DNA of 64,000 nt, from positions 121,144 through 185,143 of the forward strand of contig CBDBNA010000005.1 in NCBI GenBank assembly GCA_965207695.1, read 5' to 3'. The position numbers and the translations under genes were made by a program. This stretch comes from Dehalococcoidia bacterium. Its GTDB lineage: Bacteria > Chloroflexota > Dehalococcoidia > Bin125. This document shows positions 18,492 to 28,310 of the stretch, in pieces. The notes below the pieces were generated by a model. It was given only the letters and a program-made list of their open reading frames with translations, had not been told where the DNA came from and made no database searches. Numbering within the stretch: position 1 is the first letter of the stretch; the number at the start of each line of letters is the position of its first letter.

Positions 18492-20282
18492 CTACTCGGC
18501 GATGCTGATCGTGATCGCGTTGTTGCCGTCGTTGCTCTCCGCGATCCCGTTGGCCGGATCGACAATGGCCGACAGCGACTGCCCCTCGCCGATGACGACG
18601 GCGCTCTGCAGGTCGAGCGTGCCCTGCGGGGCGAGCGGCCCCGGCCCGTCGTAGGACAACTCGTCGACGACGAAGCCGTCGAGCACGATCAGCACCACGA
18701 TCGGCGGCTCGGCGGCGCTGCCGCCGACGTTCGTGACGCGCACGAAGACCGTGCGGTCGGATTGCAGCTGCAGCGCCTGCGCCACGAGGTCGGGGCGGGA
18801 GGGCGGCGCGAACGTCGCACTGATGGTGTTGTTCGTCTCGTCGCTCTCCTCGATCGTGTTGTCGCGGTCCACCACGACCGTGATCTCCAGCGCATCGGTC
18901 AGCGAGATCGGCAGTTCCACGACCTGACTGCGGTGCGCCGGCAGCGTCAGCACGACGGTCGCTTCGTCGAGCACCAGCCCGTCGGACGCGCGCGTCAGGC
19001 TGACCAGGATCGGCGTGTTGGCCAGGTTGCCCTCGCCGGCGTTGGTGATCGTCACGACGACCGACTGGCCCGTCCCCACGTCGACCGCCGTCGGCGTCAG
19101 ATCAGGCATGGCCTCCTCGTCGGCCGGCTCTTCGTCGTCCTCCGCGCCGTCACCCTCGTCCTCGCCGTCCTCGTCTTCCTCGCCCTCCTCGTCCTCGTCC
19201 GGGTCGACCGTTACCGTCACCCGATCGTCGTAGCGGCGGTTCGTGTCGGAGATCGCGACGACCTGCAGGATGAACGTGCCGTCGCCGCTGGGCTGCCAGG
19301 GGATAGTCAGGCTATAGGTCCCGTCCCCCAGCGCCTGCAGTCCCTCGACGTTGGCGAACGGCACGGTATCCACGAACAGCGTCATGCCGACCAGCCGGCC
19401 CACCCCGTCGGCGAACACGACGACCTCCACCTCCAGATCGTCCGTCCAGCGGAAGCCGGCTCCGTCGGCCGGCGTCTGGATGCTCAGGAACCCCTCGTCG
19501 ACCGGGGCCGCCTGCTCATCGGCGGCCTCTGCTTCCTGCGGCTGCTGCGTCGCCGCCGGTTCGGGCGGCGCGGCGCCCAGCACGTCGAGCAGGATCTGCG
19601 CGCTCGCCTCGGTCCCGTCGGCGGTCTGCGCGAAGACGTCAGCGGTGACCGTGCCGGCCTGCGCCGGCGTCCACTCCAGCAGGCCGTCGTAGACGCCGGG
19701 CTCCGACTCGACCGCGCCGGCCTCCGCGACGAGCGTCCCCTCGACGATGAGCCGGAACCGCACCACGGCCGCCTCCTGCGATCGGGCCCGCACCTGCAGC
19801 TCCAGCGGCTCGTTGACGACCGGGGCGCCGGCGCTCGTGCGCGTGGCGTTGACGGTCAGGGCGCCGCCCAGCCGACTGGCGTCGTCGGTCACCTCGACGC
19901 GGAACTCGATCAGGCTCTCCTCGCCGCTCAGGCCCTGCGCGGCCACGCTGATCGTCACGAAGCCCAGCCGCTCTGGCAGCCAGGGAATCGAGGCGCTGTA
20001 GGTGCCCTGCGCGGGGTCGTGGACGGGCTGCGCGTCGGCCGCGATCGGTTCGCCGTCGACGAACAGGGCGATGCGCGTGATCGGTTCGTCGTCGGTGACG
20101 GTGACGCGAATCTCGGTGGGGTCGCCCAGCAGCACGACCTGGTCGTCGCGCAGCGAGGCGACAATGACGGCCGAGTCGCGCACCTCGCCGCGGTCGGTGA
20201 GGATCATGATCACGACGACCGCGATCAGGACGATCGCCCCGAGGAAGCCGGCGACGAGCAGCGAACCGACGCGACTGGTCAT
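18492..20282 (-). CDS. Membrane-anchored hypothetical protein with Ig-like repeats, a strongly acidic linker (DPDEDEEGEEDEDGEDEGDGAEDDEE) and two C-terminal CARDB-like domains
   Basis: Single N-terminal TM segment LLVAGFLGAIVLIAVVVIMIL. CARDB-type endings ...EESDETNNTISATF and ...ESNDGNNAITISIAE. Start chosen at MTSRVGS. Confidence 0.55.
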   Translation of the reverse strand: MTSRVGSLLVAGFLGAIVLIAVVVIMILTDRGEVRDSAVIVASLRDDQVVLLGDPTEIRVTVTDDEPITRIALFVDGEPIAADAQPVHDPAQGTYSASIPWLPERLGFVTISVAAQGLSGEESLIEFRVEVTDDASRLGGALTVNATRTSAGAPVVNEPLELQVRARSQEAAVVRFRLIVEGTLVAEAGAVESEPGVYDGLLEWTPAQAGTVTADVFAQTADGTEASAQILLDVLGAAPPEPAATQQPQEAEAADEQAAPVDEGFLSIQTPADGAGFRWTDDLEVEVVVFADGVGRLVGMTLFVDTVPFANVEGLQALGDGTYSLTIPWQPSGDGTFILQVVAISDTNRRYDDRVTVTVDPDEDEEGEEDEDGEDEGDGAEDDEEPADEEAMPDLTPTAVDVGTGQSVVVTITNAGEGNLANTPILVSLTRASDGLVLDEATVVLTLPAHRSQVVELPISLTDALEITVVVDRDNTIEESDETNNTISATFAPPSRPDLVAQALQLQSDRTVFVRVTNVGGSAAEPPIVVLIVLDGFVVDELSYDGPGPLAPQGTLDLQSAVVIGEGQSLSAIVDPANGIAESNDGNNAITISIAE

Positions 20283-20501
20283 GCTTGCCCGGGGGCTCCC
20301 TCCACCCAGCCGCGGGCGGCCGGGGAATCGAGCGGCGCGATACGGCAGCACCCCGTCACGGCGCAGCCCCGGCCGAGGACCGACACGCGCGGCTGCGCCC
20401 CCAGCTTCGGCCCATCATATGCCGCGGCAGGCTTGAGCGCCCGCCCTCGCCGCGCAAGACGCCGGGCCCGGCGGCCGGGTTCCGCGCGCGCCCCGACGGG
20501 C

Positions 20502-23225
20502 TCAGGCGAGCGCCGCCTGCGCCGCCGCCAGCCGCGCGACCAGCACCCGGTAGGGAGAGCAGGAGACGTAGTCGAGGCCGGCCGCGTGGCAAAACCCCAC
20601 CGAGGCCGGGTTGCCGCCGTGCTCCCCGCAGATGCCGATCTTCAGGTCGGGGCGCGTGCGGCGCCCCCGCTCGACGCCGATCTCCACCAGCGCGCCCACG
20701 CCGCCACGGTCCAGCTCCACGAAGGGGTCGCGCTCCAGCACCCGTCCCTCCAGGTAGGCCGGCAGGAAGTGGCCCGCGTCGTCGCGGGAAAGGCCGAAGG
20801 TGGTCTGCGTGAGGTCGTTGGTGCCGAAGGAGAAGAAGTCGGCGTGGGCGGCGATCTCGTCCGCGGTCACGCAGGCGCGCGGCAACTCGATCATCGTGCC
20901 GATCGTGTAGTCGAGCCGCCGGCCCTGCTCGGCGAAGACCTGCTCGGCGACCGCGACCAGCCGCTCCCGCGTCGTCGCCAGCTCGGAGGCCGTCGCGACC
21001 AGCGGCACCATGATCTCCGGGATCACGACCACCCCGTCGCCGGCGGCCTCGCAGGCGGCCTCCAGGATCGCGCGCGTCTGAACTTCGTAGATCTCGGGGT
21101 ATGTAACGGCCAGGCGCACGCCCCGGTGGCCGAGCATGGGGTTGAACTCCGCCAGCGCCTCGACGCGGCGGCGCACCGCGTCCCGGCCGGCGCCCAGGTC
21201 GGCCGCCACGCGCTCCTGCTCGGCCTCGGTCTGCGGCAGGAACTCGTGCAGCGGCGGGTCGAGCAGCCGGATGGTGACCGGGTAGCCGTCCATCGCGCCG
21301 AAGATGCCCACGAAGTCCTCGCGCTGGATGGGCAGGATCTTGACGAGCGCCGCGCGCCGCGCCGCCGGGTCGTCGGCGAGGATCATCTCGCGCACGGCAA
21401 GCAGCCGGTCGGGGCCGAAGAACATGTGCTCGGTCCGACAGAGGCCGATGCCCTCCGCCCCGAAGTCGCGCGCCTTGGCCGCGTCCTCGGGCGTGTCGGC
21501 GTTGGTGCGGACGCGCAGGCGGCGCGTGTCGTCGGCCCAGTCGAGCAGCGACTGCAACGAGTCCGGCAGCTCCGGCTCCTCCAGCGGCACGGCGCCCAGC
21601 ATCACCTGGCCCGTGCTGCCGTCGATGGAGATCGTGTCCCCGCGCGCCACGGTCACGACGCCTTGCCCCGGCACGTCGACCTGGAACTGCCCCGCGCCGT
21701 AGTCGAGCGCGAGGGCGCCGCAGCCGCTGACGCAGGGCGTCCCCCAGCCCCGCGCGACCACGGCCGCGTGCGAGGTCATGCCGCCACGGGCCGTCAGGAT
21801 GCCCTGCGCGGCCAGCATGCCCTCGATGTCCTCCGGGCTGGTCTCGAGCCGCACCAGGATCACCTGGGCGCCGCGCGCCGCCCAGTCGGTCGCCTCTTGG
21901 GCGGAGAAGACGACCTGTCCCACGGCCGCGCCCGGCGACGCCGCCAAGCCCGTCGCGATCACCGAGCGGGGCGCGTCGTCGGCGAAGACCGGGTGCAGCA
22001 ACTCCGACACCTGCTCGGGGTCGATGCGGCGCAGCGCCTCCTCGCGGTCGATCATGCCCTCCGCCACCAGGTCTGTGGCGACGCGCACCATCGCCGGGCC
22101 GGTGCGCTTGCCGGCGCGCGTCTGCAGGATCCAGAGCCGCCCCTGCTGCACCGTGAACTCGATGTCCTGCATGTCGCCGAAATGCCGTTCGAGCCGCTCA
22201 CAGGCGGCGAGCAGCGAAGCGTAGGTATCGGGCTGGGCCGCCTCCATCGAGGCGGGCGCGCCGGGCGCGCGGGCGGCCTCCGCGACCGGCAGGGGCGTAC
22301 GCACCCCTGCGACCACGTCCTCGCCCTGCGCGTTGACCAAATACTCGCCGAAGATGCCGGGCGCGCCGCTCTTCGGGTCGCGCGTGAAGCAGACGCCCGT
22401 CGCGCAGTCGTCGCCCAGGTTGCCGAAGACCATCGACTGCACGGTGCAGGCCGTGCCCCAGTCGTGCGGGTAGCCGTAGAGGTCGCGGTAGACGGTGGCG
22501 CGCTCCGTGTGCCAGGAGTCGAACACGGCGCCGATCGCGTTCCACAACTGCTCCCACGGGTCGTCGGGGAAGTCCCGCCCGAGCTTCGCCCACACGACGC
22601 CCTTGTAGGCCGCCACGAGGCCCCGCAGCGCCGCGGCGCTCAACTCCGTATCCGATCCCACCCCCGCCTTCGCCTTGGCCGCCTCCAGCAGCGCCTCGAA
22701 GGGGTCCTCGGCCAGGTCGCCTTCGCGCTTCACGCCCAGCACGACGTCGCTGTACATCGCCACGAAGCGCCGGTACGAGTCGTAGGCGAAGCGCGGGTCG
22801 CCCGACCGGCGGGCCAGCCCCTCGGCCGTGCGGTCGTTGAGGCCCAGGTTGAGCACCGTGTCCATCATCCCCGGCATCGAGACCCGCGCGCCGGATCGCA
22901 CCGAGAGCAGCAGCGGGTTCTCCGCGTCGCCGAAGCGCGTCCCCACCCGCTCCTCGACCCAGGCCAGCCCGGCCCGGACCTCGTCGCGCAAGCCGTCGGG
23001 GAAGGCGCCGCCCGCGCCATGGAAGTCGTTGCAGACCGCGGTCGGGATCGTGAAGCCCGGCGGGACGGGCACGCCCAGCCGGCTCATCTCGTGCAGGCCC
23101 GCGCCCTTGCCGCCCAGCAACTCCCGCATCGACGCGTCGCCGTCGGCCACGCCGTCGCCGAAGCGATAGGCGAGGGGGCTTCGTGGAGTCAGGCTGGGGC
23201 TGGGCTGCGAGGCGCTGCTGGGCAT
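20502..23225 (-). CDS. ppdK: Pyruvate, phosphate dikinase
   Basis: N-terminal ATP-grasp (ASMRELLGGKGAGLHEMSRLGVPVPPGFTI), central phosphohistidine domain (GGMTSHAAVVARGWG), C-terminal PEP-utilising TIM barrel. 907 aa. Confidence 0.9.
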   Translation of the reverse strand: MPSSASQPSPSLTPRSPLAYRFGDGVADGDASMRELLGGKGAGLHEMSRLGVPVPPGFTIPTAVCNDFHGAGGAFPDGLRDEVRAGLAWVEERVGTRFGDAENPLLLSVRSGARVSMPGMMDTVLNLGLNDRTAEGLARRSGDPRFAYDSYRRFVAMYSDVVLGVKREGDLAEDPFEALLEAAKAKAGVGSDTELSAAALRGLVAAYKGVVWAKLGRDFPDDPWEQLWNAIGAVFDSWHTERATVYRDLYGYPHDWGTACTVQSMVFGNLGDDCATGVCFTRDPKSGAPGIFGEYLVNAQGEDVVAGVRTPLPVAEAARAPGAPASMEAAQPDTYASLLAACERLERHFGDMQDIEFTVQQGRLWILQTRAGKRTGPAMVRVATDLVAEGMIDREEALRRIDPEQVSELLHPVFADDAPRSVIATGLAASPGAAVGQVVFSAQEATDWAARGAQVILVRLETSPEDIEGMLAAQGILTARGGMTSHAAVVARGWGTPCVSGCGALALDYGAGQFQVDVPGQGVVTVARGDTISIDGSTGQVMLGAVPLEEPELPDSLQSLLDWADDTRRLRVRTNADTPEDAAKARDFGAEGIGLCRTEHMFFGPDRLLAVREMILADDPAARRAALVKILPIQREDFVGIFGAMDGYPVTIRLLDPPLHEFLPQTEAEQERVAADLGAGRDAVRRRVEALAEFNPMLGHRGVRLAVTYPEIYEVQTRAILEAACEAAGDGVVVIPEIMVPLVATASELATTRERLVAVAEQVFAEQGRRLDYTIGTMIELPRACVTADEIAAHADFFSFGTNDLTQTTFGLSRDDAGHFLPAYLEGRVLERDPFVELDRGGVGALVEIGVERGRRTRPDLKIGICGEHGGNPASVGFCHAAGLDYVSCSPYRVLVARLAAAQAALA

Positions 23226-23325
23226 GACACGCGTCCTTCGGCTGCCGGACGAGTGCGGAGTATATCCGCACCGGGCCCAACGGCGGCCGATCGCTATGAC
23301 GCGTCACCCGTACGGGCGCGAACGG

Positions 23326-25173
23326 TTATTCGACGGTGACGGTCTTGGCGAGGTGCCGCGGCTGGTCGACGTCGGCGCCGCGGGCGGTCGCCAGGTAGTA
23401 GGCGATGAGCTGCGCCGGGATCGCGGTCGCGAACGGCGCGATGAGGGGGTCGCAGGCCGGGATGGGGATGAACACGTCGGCGGCCGCCTCCAGCTCAGCG
23501 TCGCCCTCCGTGCCCACGGCGATGACTGTCGCGTCACGCGCCTGCACCTGCTGGATGTTGCTCCACATCTTGTCGTAGAGCGGGTCGCGCGGCGCCAGCG
23601 CCACCACCGGCATGCTGCGGTCGATCAGCGCGATCGGCCCGTGCTTCATCTCTCCGGCCGGGTAGCCCTCGGCGTGGATGTAGGAGATCTCCTTGCACTT
23701 CAGCGCCCCCTCCATCGCGAGCGGGTACTGCAAGCCGCGGCCCAGGTAGAGCATGTGCTCGACGTGCCGGCAGACGCGGCCCACCTCGCGGCAGATCTCG
23801 GCCTGGGCCAGCGTCCGGTCGACGATGCCCGGCGCCGTCAGCAGCGCGTCGATGGCGCGCTCCAGCGTCGCCCCCCGCAGGTGCCCCCGCGCCGCCCCGA
23901 TGCGGCAGGCGAGCACGTACAGCGCCGCCATTGAGGCCATGAACGTCTTGGTCGAGGCGACGCCGATCTCCGGGCCGCAGCGCAGGTAGATCGCCGAGCC
24001 CGCCGCCAGCCGCGTCGCCTCCGACTCCTCGACGTTGGTGATCGCCACGCGCGGGGCGCCCCAGTGGTCGCGCACCTGCGCCATCGCGCCCAGCGTGTCC
24101 ACCGTCTCGCCCGACTGCGTCACCGCCACGACCAGCGTCTCCGGCCCCAGCAGCGGCGCCCGGTAGCGGAACTCCGAGGCGTTGTCGCAGTCGGTCGGCA
24201 GGCCGGCCAGCGATTCCATGTAGTAGCGGCCGACCATGCCGGCGTGCATCGACGTGCCCATGCCGACGATCAGCACGCGGCGCAGGGAGCGCAGTTGCTC
24301 GTCGCTCAGCCGCACGTCTTCCAGCGAGACGCCGGCCGGGTTGACGTGCGCCCGCCCGCGGATGCAGTCGGACAGCGCCCGCGGCTGCTCCATGATCTCC
24401 TTCTGCATGAAGTGCGTGTAGGGCCCCTTGGCCACGGCGACCGGGTCCATGGAGACGCGTTGCGGCGCAAGCGCGACCTCGGCGCCGTCGAGATCCCGGA
24501 TCGTCGTCTCGGCGGCGCTGATCCGCGCCCACTGCCCGTTGGCCAGCGGCTGCATGAGCGTTGTGTGGGGCAGCAGGGCCGGCACGTCGCTGGCGACGAA
24601 CATCTCCCCCTCGCCGACGCCCAGCACGATGCCGCCCGCGTTGCCCAGCCGCGCCGCGTAGAGTCGCTCCGGCCGGCGGCGCTCCATCGCGACGACGGCG
24701 TTGCCCCCCTCGATCTCGCCGAGCACGCGGCGGAAAGCCTCGTCGAAGTCGTGCCCTTCGCGCAGGTACAGGCCGATCAGCTGCGGGATGACCTCGCTGT
24801 CGGTCTCCGAGCGGCACTCGACGCCCGCCGCCGCCAGCCGATCGCGCAGCGTGCGGTAGTTCTCGACGATGCCGTTGTGCACGACGATCGCCGCGCCGTC
24901 GCTGGAGAGGTGCGGGTGGGCGTTGCCGTCGGAGACGGCGCCGTGCGTCGCCCAGCGGGTGTGGCCGATTCCGGTGCGTCCCGCCGGCGGCGTGGTGAGC
25001 GATGCTTCCAGCTCGGCCAGCTTGCCGGCGCGCTTCATGACGGCCAGCGCGCCGTCGTGGTCGAGGACGGCCAAGCCGCTGCTGTCGTAGCCGCGATAGT
25101 TGAGCCGCTGCAGGCCCTCGAGCACGATGGGGCCGGCCGCCTGCTTGCCCACATAGCCGATGATGCCGCACAT
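23326..25173 (-). CDS. glmS: Glutamine--fructose-6-phosphate aminotransferase GlmS
   Basis: MCGIIGYVG N-terminal nucleophile start; SIS domains; C-terminal ...AKTVTVE. The ORF-track extension to 26976 is run-through. Confidence 0.9.
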   Translation of the reverse strand: MCGIIGYVGKQAAGPIVLEGLQRLNYRGYDSSGLAVLDHDGALAVMKRAGKLAELEASLTTPPAGRTGIGHTRWATHGAVSDGNAHPHLSSDGAAIVVHNGIVENYRTLRDRLAAAGVECRSETDSEVIPQLIGLYLREGHDFDEAFRRVLGEIEGGNAVVAMERRRPERLYAARLGNAGGIVLGVGEGEMFVASDVPALLPHTTLMQPLANGQWARISAAETTIRDLDGAEVALAPQRVSMDPVAVAKGPYTHFMQKEIMEQPRALSDCIRGRAHVNPAGVSLEDVRLSDEQLRSLRRVLIVGMGTSMHAGMVGRYYMESLAGLPTDCDNASEFRYRAPLLGPETLVVAVTQSGETVDTLGAMAQVRDHWGAPRVAITNVEESEATRLAAGSAIYLRCGPEIGVASTKTFMASMAALYVLACRIGAARGHLRGATLERAIDALLTAPGIVDRTLAQAEICREVGRVCRHVEHMLYLGRGLQYPLAMEGALKCKEISYIHAEGYPAGEMKHGPIALIDRSMPVVALAPRDPLYDKMWSNIQQVQARDATVIAVGTEGDAELEAAADVFIPIPACDPLIAPFATAIPAQLIAYYLATARGADVDQPRHLAKTVTVE

Positions 25174-25241
25174 GGCCGTACGCCTTTCGGTCACCCCGCC
25201 AGGATGCCCGACTCGGATTGGCCCGCCGTCCGCGCCCGAGC

Positions 25242-26684
25242 TCAGCCGGGCGCCGTCGCCATCGCTCCGGAGGGGAGCGGCTCCGGCGCCCAGCTGCGCC
25301 CGTTGCTGCGCGGCGCTCGGCCCGGCGCGGGAGCGGACCACTCCGCGGCGGTGAGCCACTCTACGACCTCCCCGACCGTATAGACAAAGGCCAGCGGCCT
25401 TCGCAGTGCGATCTCCAGGTCTTCGGCCGTCATGTCGTCGAGGAAGTGGCGGCCGTAGTAGTCGAGGCTCGATCGGGGCAGGAAGACGGGCGCGTCGGCG
25501 TCCGGCGCCTCCGCGCGCACGGCGGCGGCGAAGTCGGCCCCCGGGATCAGCCCAGAGACGTTGACGCGGCCGCCGAACAGCCGGTTCGGCGTCGCCACGA
25601 CCTGCAGCTCGACGCCCAGCAACGCCCCCGCCTCGGCCGCCAGACGCCGCAGCGTGGGCGCGATCAGTGTGCCGCAGGCCAGCAGCGCCCGCCCGTGCCG
25701 GGCCGGCCCTACCCGTCCGGCGCGGATGCGGCGCCGCGTCCGCGCCCAATCGTCGAGCAGCGAGCGAGTCATGCCGACGCCGTTCTCCCACTGCGGGAAG
25801 CCGTCGTAGCGCGCCGCCGACGGGATGCGCCCCCCGGCGCGGAGGTAGAACTCGTCCGAGGCGAAGACCCGCGATCGACCGCACTCCTCGCGAGCTCGCC
25901 GCTGCCAGCGCCCAACCTGCTGCACGACGCGCCGCGCCTCGGCCGGCGTCTGCGCACGCATGCCCGGATGATCGATGCGAGCTTCGCCATCGATGCTGTT
26001 TCCCACCGGGACCGCGCCGATATTCAGCACGTTGTCGTGGCCCAACAACTCCCCGATCGTCTCGTCCAGCGCCGCGCCGTCGTTCACGCCGGGGCAGACG
26101 ACGATCTGCGTCTGCACCTCGATCCCGATCGCGGCCAGCCGCCGCAGCTGCTCGCGCACGTCGGGGGCGCGCGGGTTGCCGAGCAATTCGCGTCGCAGCG
26201 CTGGGTCGGTCGCGTGCACCGACACGTTGAGCGGGCTCAGGCGCTGCTCGGCCAGCCGCTCCCAATCGTCCTCCTCCAGGTTGGTCAGCGTGACGAAATT
26301 GCCGTGCAGGAAGGACAGCCGGTAGTCGTCGTCCTTGACGTAGAGCGGACGCCGCAGCCCCTTGGGCAACCCTTTGAGGAAGCAGAAGAAGCACTTGTTG
26401 TTGCACAGCGACGTGCCGCCGAAGGCCTCGCCGGTGAACTCGATGCCCAGCGTCTCGTCGGTCGGCTTCTCGAACTCCACGACGCCGGGCGCCCCGTCGT
26501 GGATCACGTCCAGGGCGACGAAGTCGTCGGTCGTGCGGAAGCGGAAGTCGATCGCGTCGCGCGGGGCGACCCCGTTCACCGCGACGACGCGGTCGCCGGG
26601 GCGCAGCCCGGCCTCGGCCGCCAGGCTGTCCGCATCGACCGACGCGATGGGCTGCCCGGGCGCGGGTTCGGCGCGCGGGGTCAC
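25242..26684 (-). CDS. DUF512 / PDZ-domain putative radical-SAM-related protein (TIGR03279-like)
   Basis: N-terminal PDZ (GLRPGDRVVAVNGV), then the DUF512 core (LCNNKCFFCF...NVSVHATDP...IVVCPGVND). Confidence 0.7.
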   Translation of the reverse strand: MTPRAEPAPGQPIASVDADSLAAEAGLRPGDRVVAVNGVAPRDAIDFRFRTTDDFVALDVIHDGAPGVVEFEKPTDETLGIEFTGEAFGGTSLCNNKCFFCFLKGLPKGLRRPLYVKDDDYRLSFLHGNFVTLTNLEEDDWERLAEQRLSPLNVSVHATDPALRRELLGNPRAPDVREQLRRLAAIGIEVQTQIVVCPGVNDGAALDETIGELLGHDNVLNIGAVPVGNSIDGEARIDHPGMRAQTPAEARRVVQQVGRWQRRAREECGRSRVFASDEFYLRAGGRIPSAARYDGFPQWENGVGMTRSLLDDWARTRRRIRAGRVGPARHGRALLACGTLIAPTLRRLAAEAGALLGVELQVVATPNRLFGGRVNVSGLIPGADFAAAVRAEAPDADAPVFLPRSSLDYYGRHFLDDMTAEDLEIALRRPLAFVYTVGEVVEWLTAAEWSAPAPGRAPRSNGRSWAPEPLPSGAMATAPG

Positions 26685-27514
26685 GGCGCGGCCTCGGCGC
26701 CGCCGGCGGCGGGGACGTGAAGCAGGGCCTCGTCGGGCAGGTCGGGGAAGCGCTCCCGGTAGACGCCGCGGTACGCAGCCGGCAGCCGGCCGGCGATCTC
26801 GCGCATGATTCGCGTGTGCGCGGCCTCAACCACGTCCCGGTTCGTCGCGCCCTCGTGGCTGATCCAGAAAGGCTCGCCGAAAACGACGCGCATGCGTGGG
26901 CGCTGGAAGAACACCCCCCAGCCCTTCCGCAGTTCCTGGCTGCCCGTGATCGCGACGGGTAGCACCGGCGCGCCACTGCGCAGCGCGATCAGCGCCGCGC
27001 CCGGATAGGCCTCGTTCATCTCGGCCGTATCGGAGCGATGCCCCTCGGGCAGCACGCCCACGATCTCGCCGCGCGCCAGCAGGCGCTGCGCCTCCCGCAA
27101 CGCGCCCAGGTCGGCCTCGAAGCGGCGCACGGGGAAGACGCCGCACATCGCGAACAGGTAGCCGATGAAGCCCTTCTGGAGGAGTTCGATCTTGGCCATG
27201 AACTTCGGCCAGCGGGGGTACATCGCCGACGCCAGCATGGGCGGGTCGGCCGAGGAGAGGTGGTTCGAGACCATGATCACGCCCCCCGACTTGGGCAGGT
27301 TGTCCAGCCCGACCCGCTCCCACTTCGTCCAGATACGGAAGAACAGGATCGCGATGCCGCAGGTGAACAGGTACCAAACCCGCGAGCCGTTGGGCATCCC
27401 GGCGAGACCGACCCGGCGCAGCGCCGCAGACTCCTCGAAGAACAGCCACGTGGTGGCATGCCGCGCTCGCAGCGACAGCGCCGCCCGCGCCCGCCCGACG
27501 CCCGCCCGGCTCAT
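26681..27514 (-). CDS. plsC: 1-acyl-sn-glycerol-3-phosphate acyltransferase (PlsC family)
   Basis: HxxxxD acyltransferase motif (SNHLSSADP) and the VLPEGHRS / FPEG-type motif. Confidence 0.8.
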   Translation of the reverse strand: MSRAGVGRARAALSLRARHATTWLFFEESAALRRVGLAGMPNGSRVWYLFTCGIAILFFRIWTKWERVGLDNLPKSGGVIMVSNHLSSADPPMLASAMYPRWPKFMAKIELLQKGFIGYLFAMCGVFPVRRFEADLGALREAQRLLARGEIVGVLPEGHRSDTAEMNEAYPGAALIALRSGAPVLPVAITGSQELRKGWGVFFQRPRMRVVFGEPFWISHEGATNRDVVEAAHTRIMREIAGRLPAAYRGVYRERFPDLPDEALLHVPAAGGAEAAP

Positions 27515-28260
27515 GCGGAGCGCCCGTCCGAGGCCGGCGAGTCGCAAAGCGCCCGCCGCACGATGGTCAACACCCGCTCGATCGCGGTCTCCAGGTCGTC
27601 GCCGCTGGTGTTCACGTCCTCCGCGCCGACCGCGGGGCGCAACGGCGCGGTCGCGCGGCCCTGATCGATCGCGTCGCGACTGCGCAGATCGTTGAGCACC
27701 TCGTCGTCCGTCACGCGCCGGCCCGAGGCGCGCATCTGCTCGGCCCGCCGCCGGGCGCGCACGGCGTCCGAGGCGTGCAGGTAGATCTTCACCAGCGCCT
27801 CTTGCGCGACCACGGTGCCGATGTCGCGGCCCACCATCACCATCTCGCCCTGCCGCGCCATCTCCTGCTGCTGCTCGACCATCCGCTCGCGCACGCCCGG
27901 CACGCTCGCCACGACCGAGACGGCGTCCTCCACCGCCTTGCTGCGCAGATGCGGCGTGGCGTCGGCGCCGTCCACCGCGATCGACGCCGTCTCCGGACTG
28001 CCCGCGGGCGGATGTCCCACGCTCAGGTCGACCGCCTCCGCAAGCCGCACGAGCGCCGCGGGGTCGGCGGCCGTCGGATCCGGCAGGAGGCCGCGCTCGA
28101 TCGCCGCCCAGGTCAGCGCCCGGTACATGATGCCGGTGTCCAACATGGGCCAGTCCAGCCGCTCGGCGACGGCCTTGCCGATCACCGTCTTGCCGGACGC
28201 CACCGGCCCATCGATCGCGACTACGCGCAGCCGGGCGCCGGCGCCGATCTCGTTCACCAT
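27511..28260 (-). CDS. cmk: Cytidylate kinase
   Basis: IDGPVASGKT P-loop, ...LDTGIMYRALTWAA..., GRDIGTVV. Confidence 0.85.
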   Translation of the reverse strand: MVNEIGAGARLRVVAIDGPVASGKTVIGKAVAERLDWPMLDTGIMYRALTWAAIERGLLPDPTAADPAALVRLAEAVDLSVGHPPAGSPETASIAVDGADATPHLRSKAVEDAVSVVASVPGVRERMVEQQQEMARQGEMVMVGRDIGTVVAQEALVKIYLHASDAVRARRRAEQMRASGRRVTDDEVLNDLRSRDAIDQGRATAPLRPAVGAEDVNTSGDDLETAIERVLTIVRRALCDSPASDGRSA

Positions 28261-28310
28261 CGCCTCCAGTATGGCATCGGGCGCCGTCTCGGGCCGCTCT
28301 CTCAGGTGCG

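Noticed and set aside
18453-23339. 1628-aa plus-strand ORF antisense to the CARDB-protein and ppdK genes
   Set aside because: Low-complexity R/G/A/D-rich translation opposite two well-supported minus-strand genes. A typical GC-bias spurious ORF.
23326-26976. Single 1216-aa ORF including glmS
   Set aside because: GlmS must start at its catalytic MCGII N-terminal nucleophile (25173). The upstream in-frame part overlaps the DUF512 and plsC genes, which lie in other frames.
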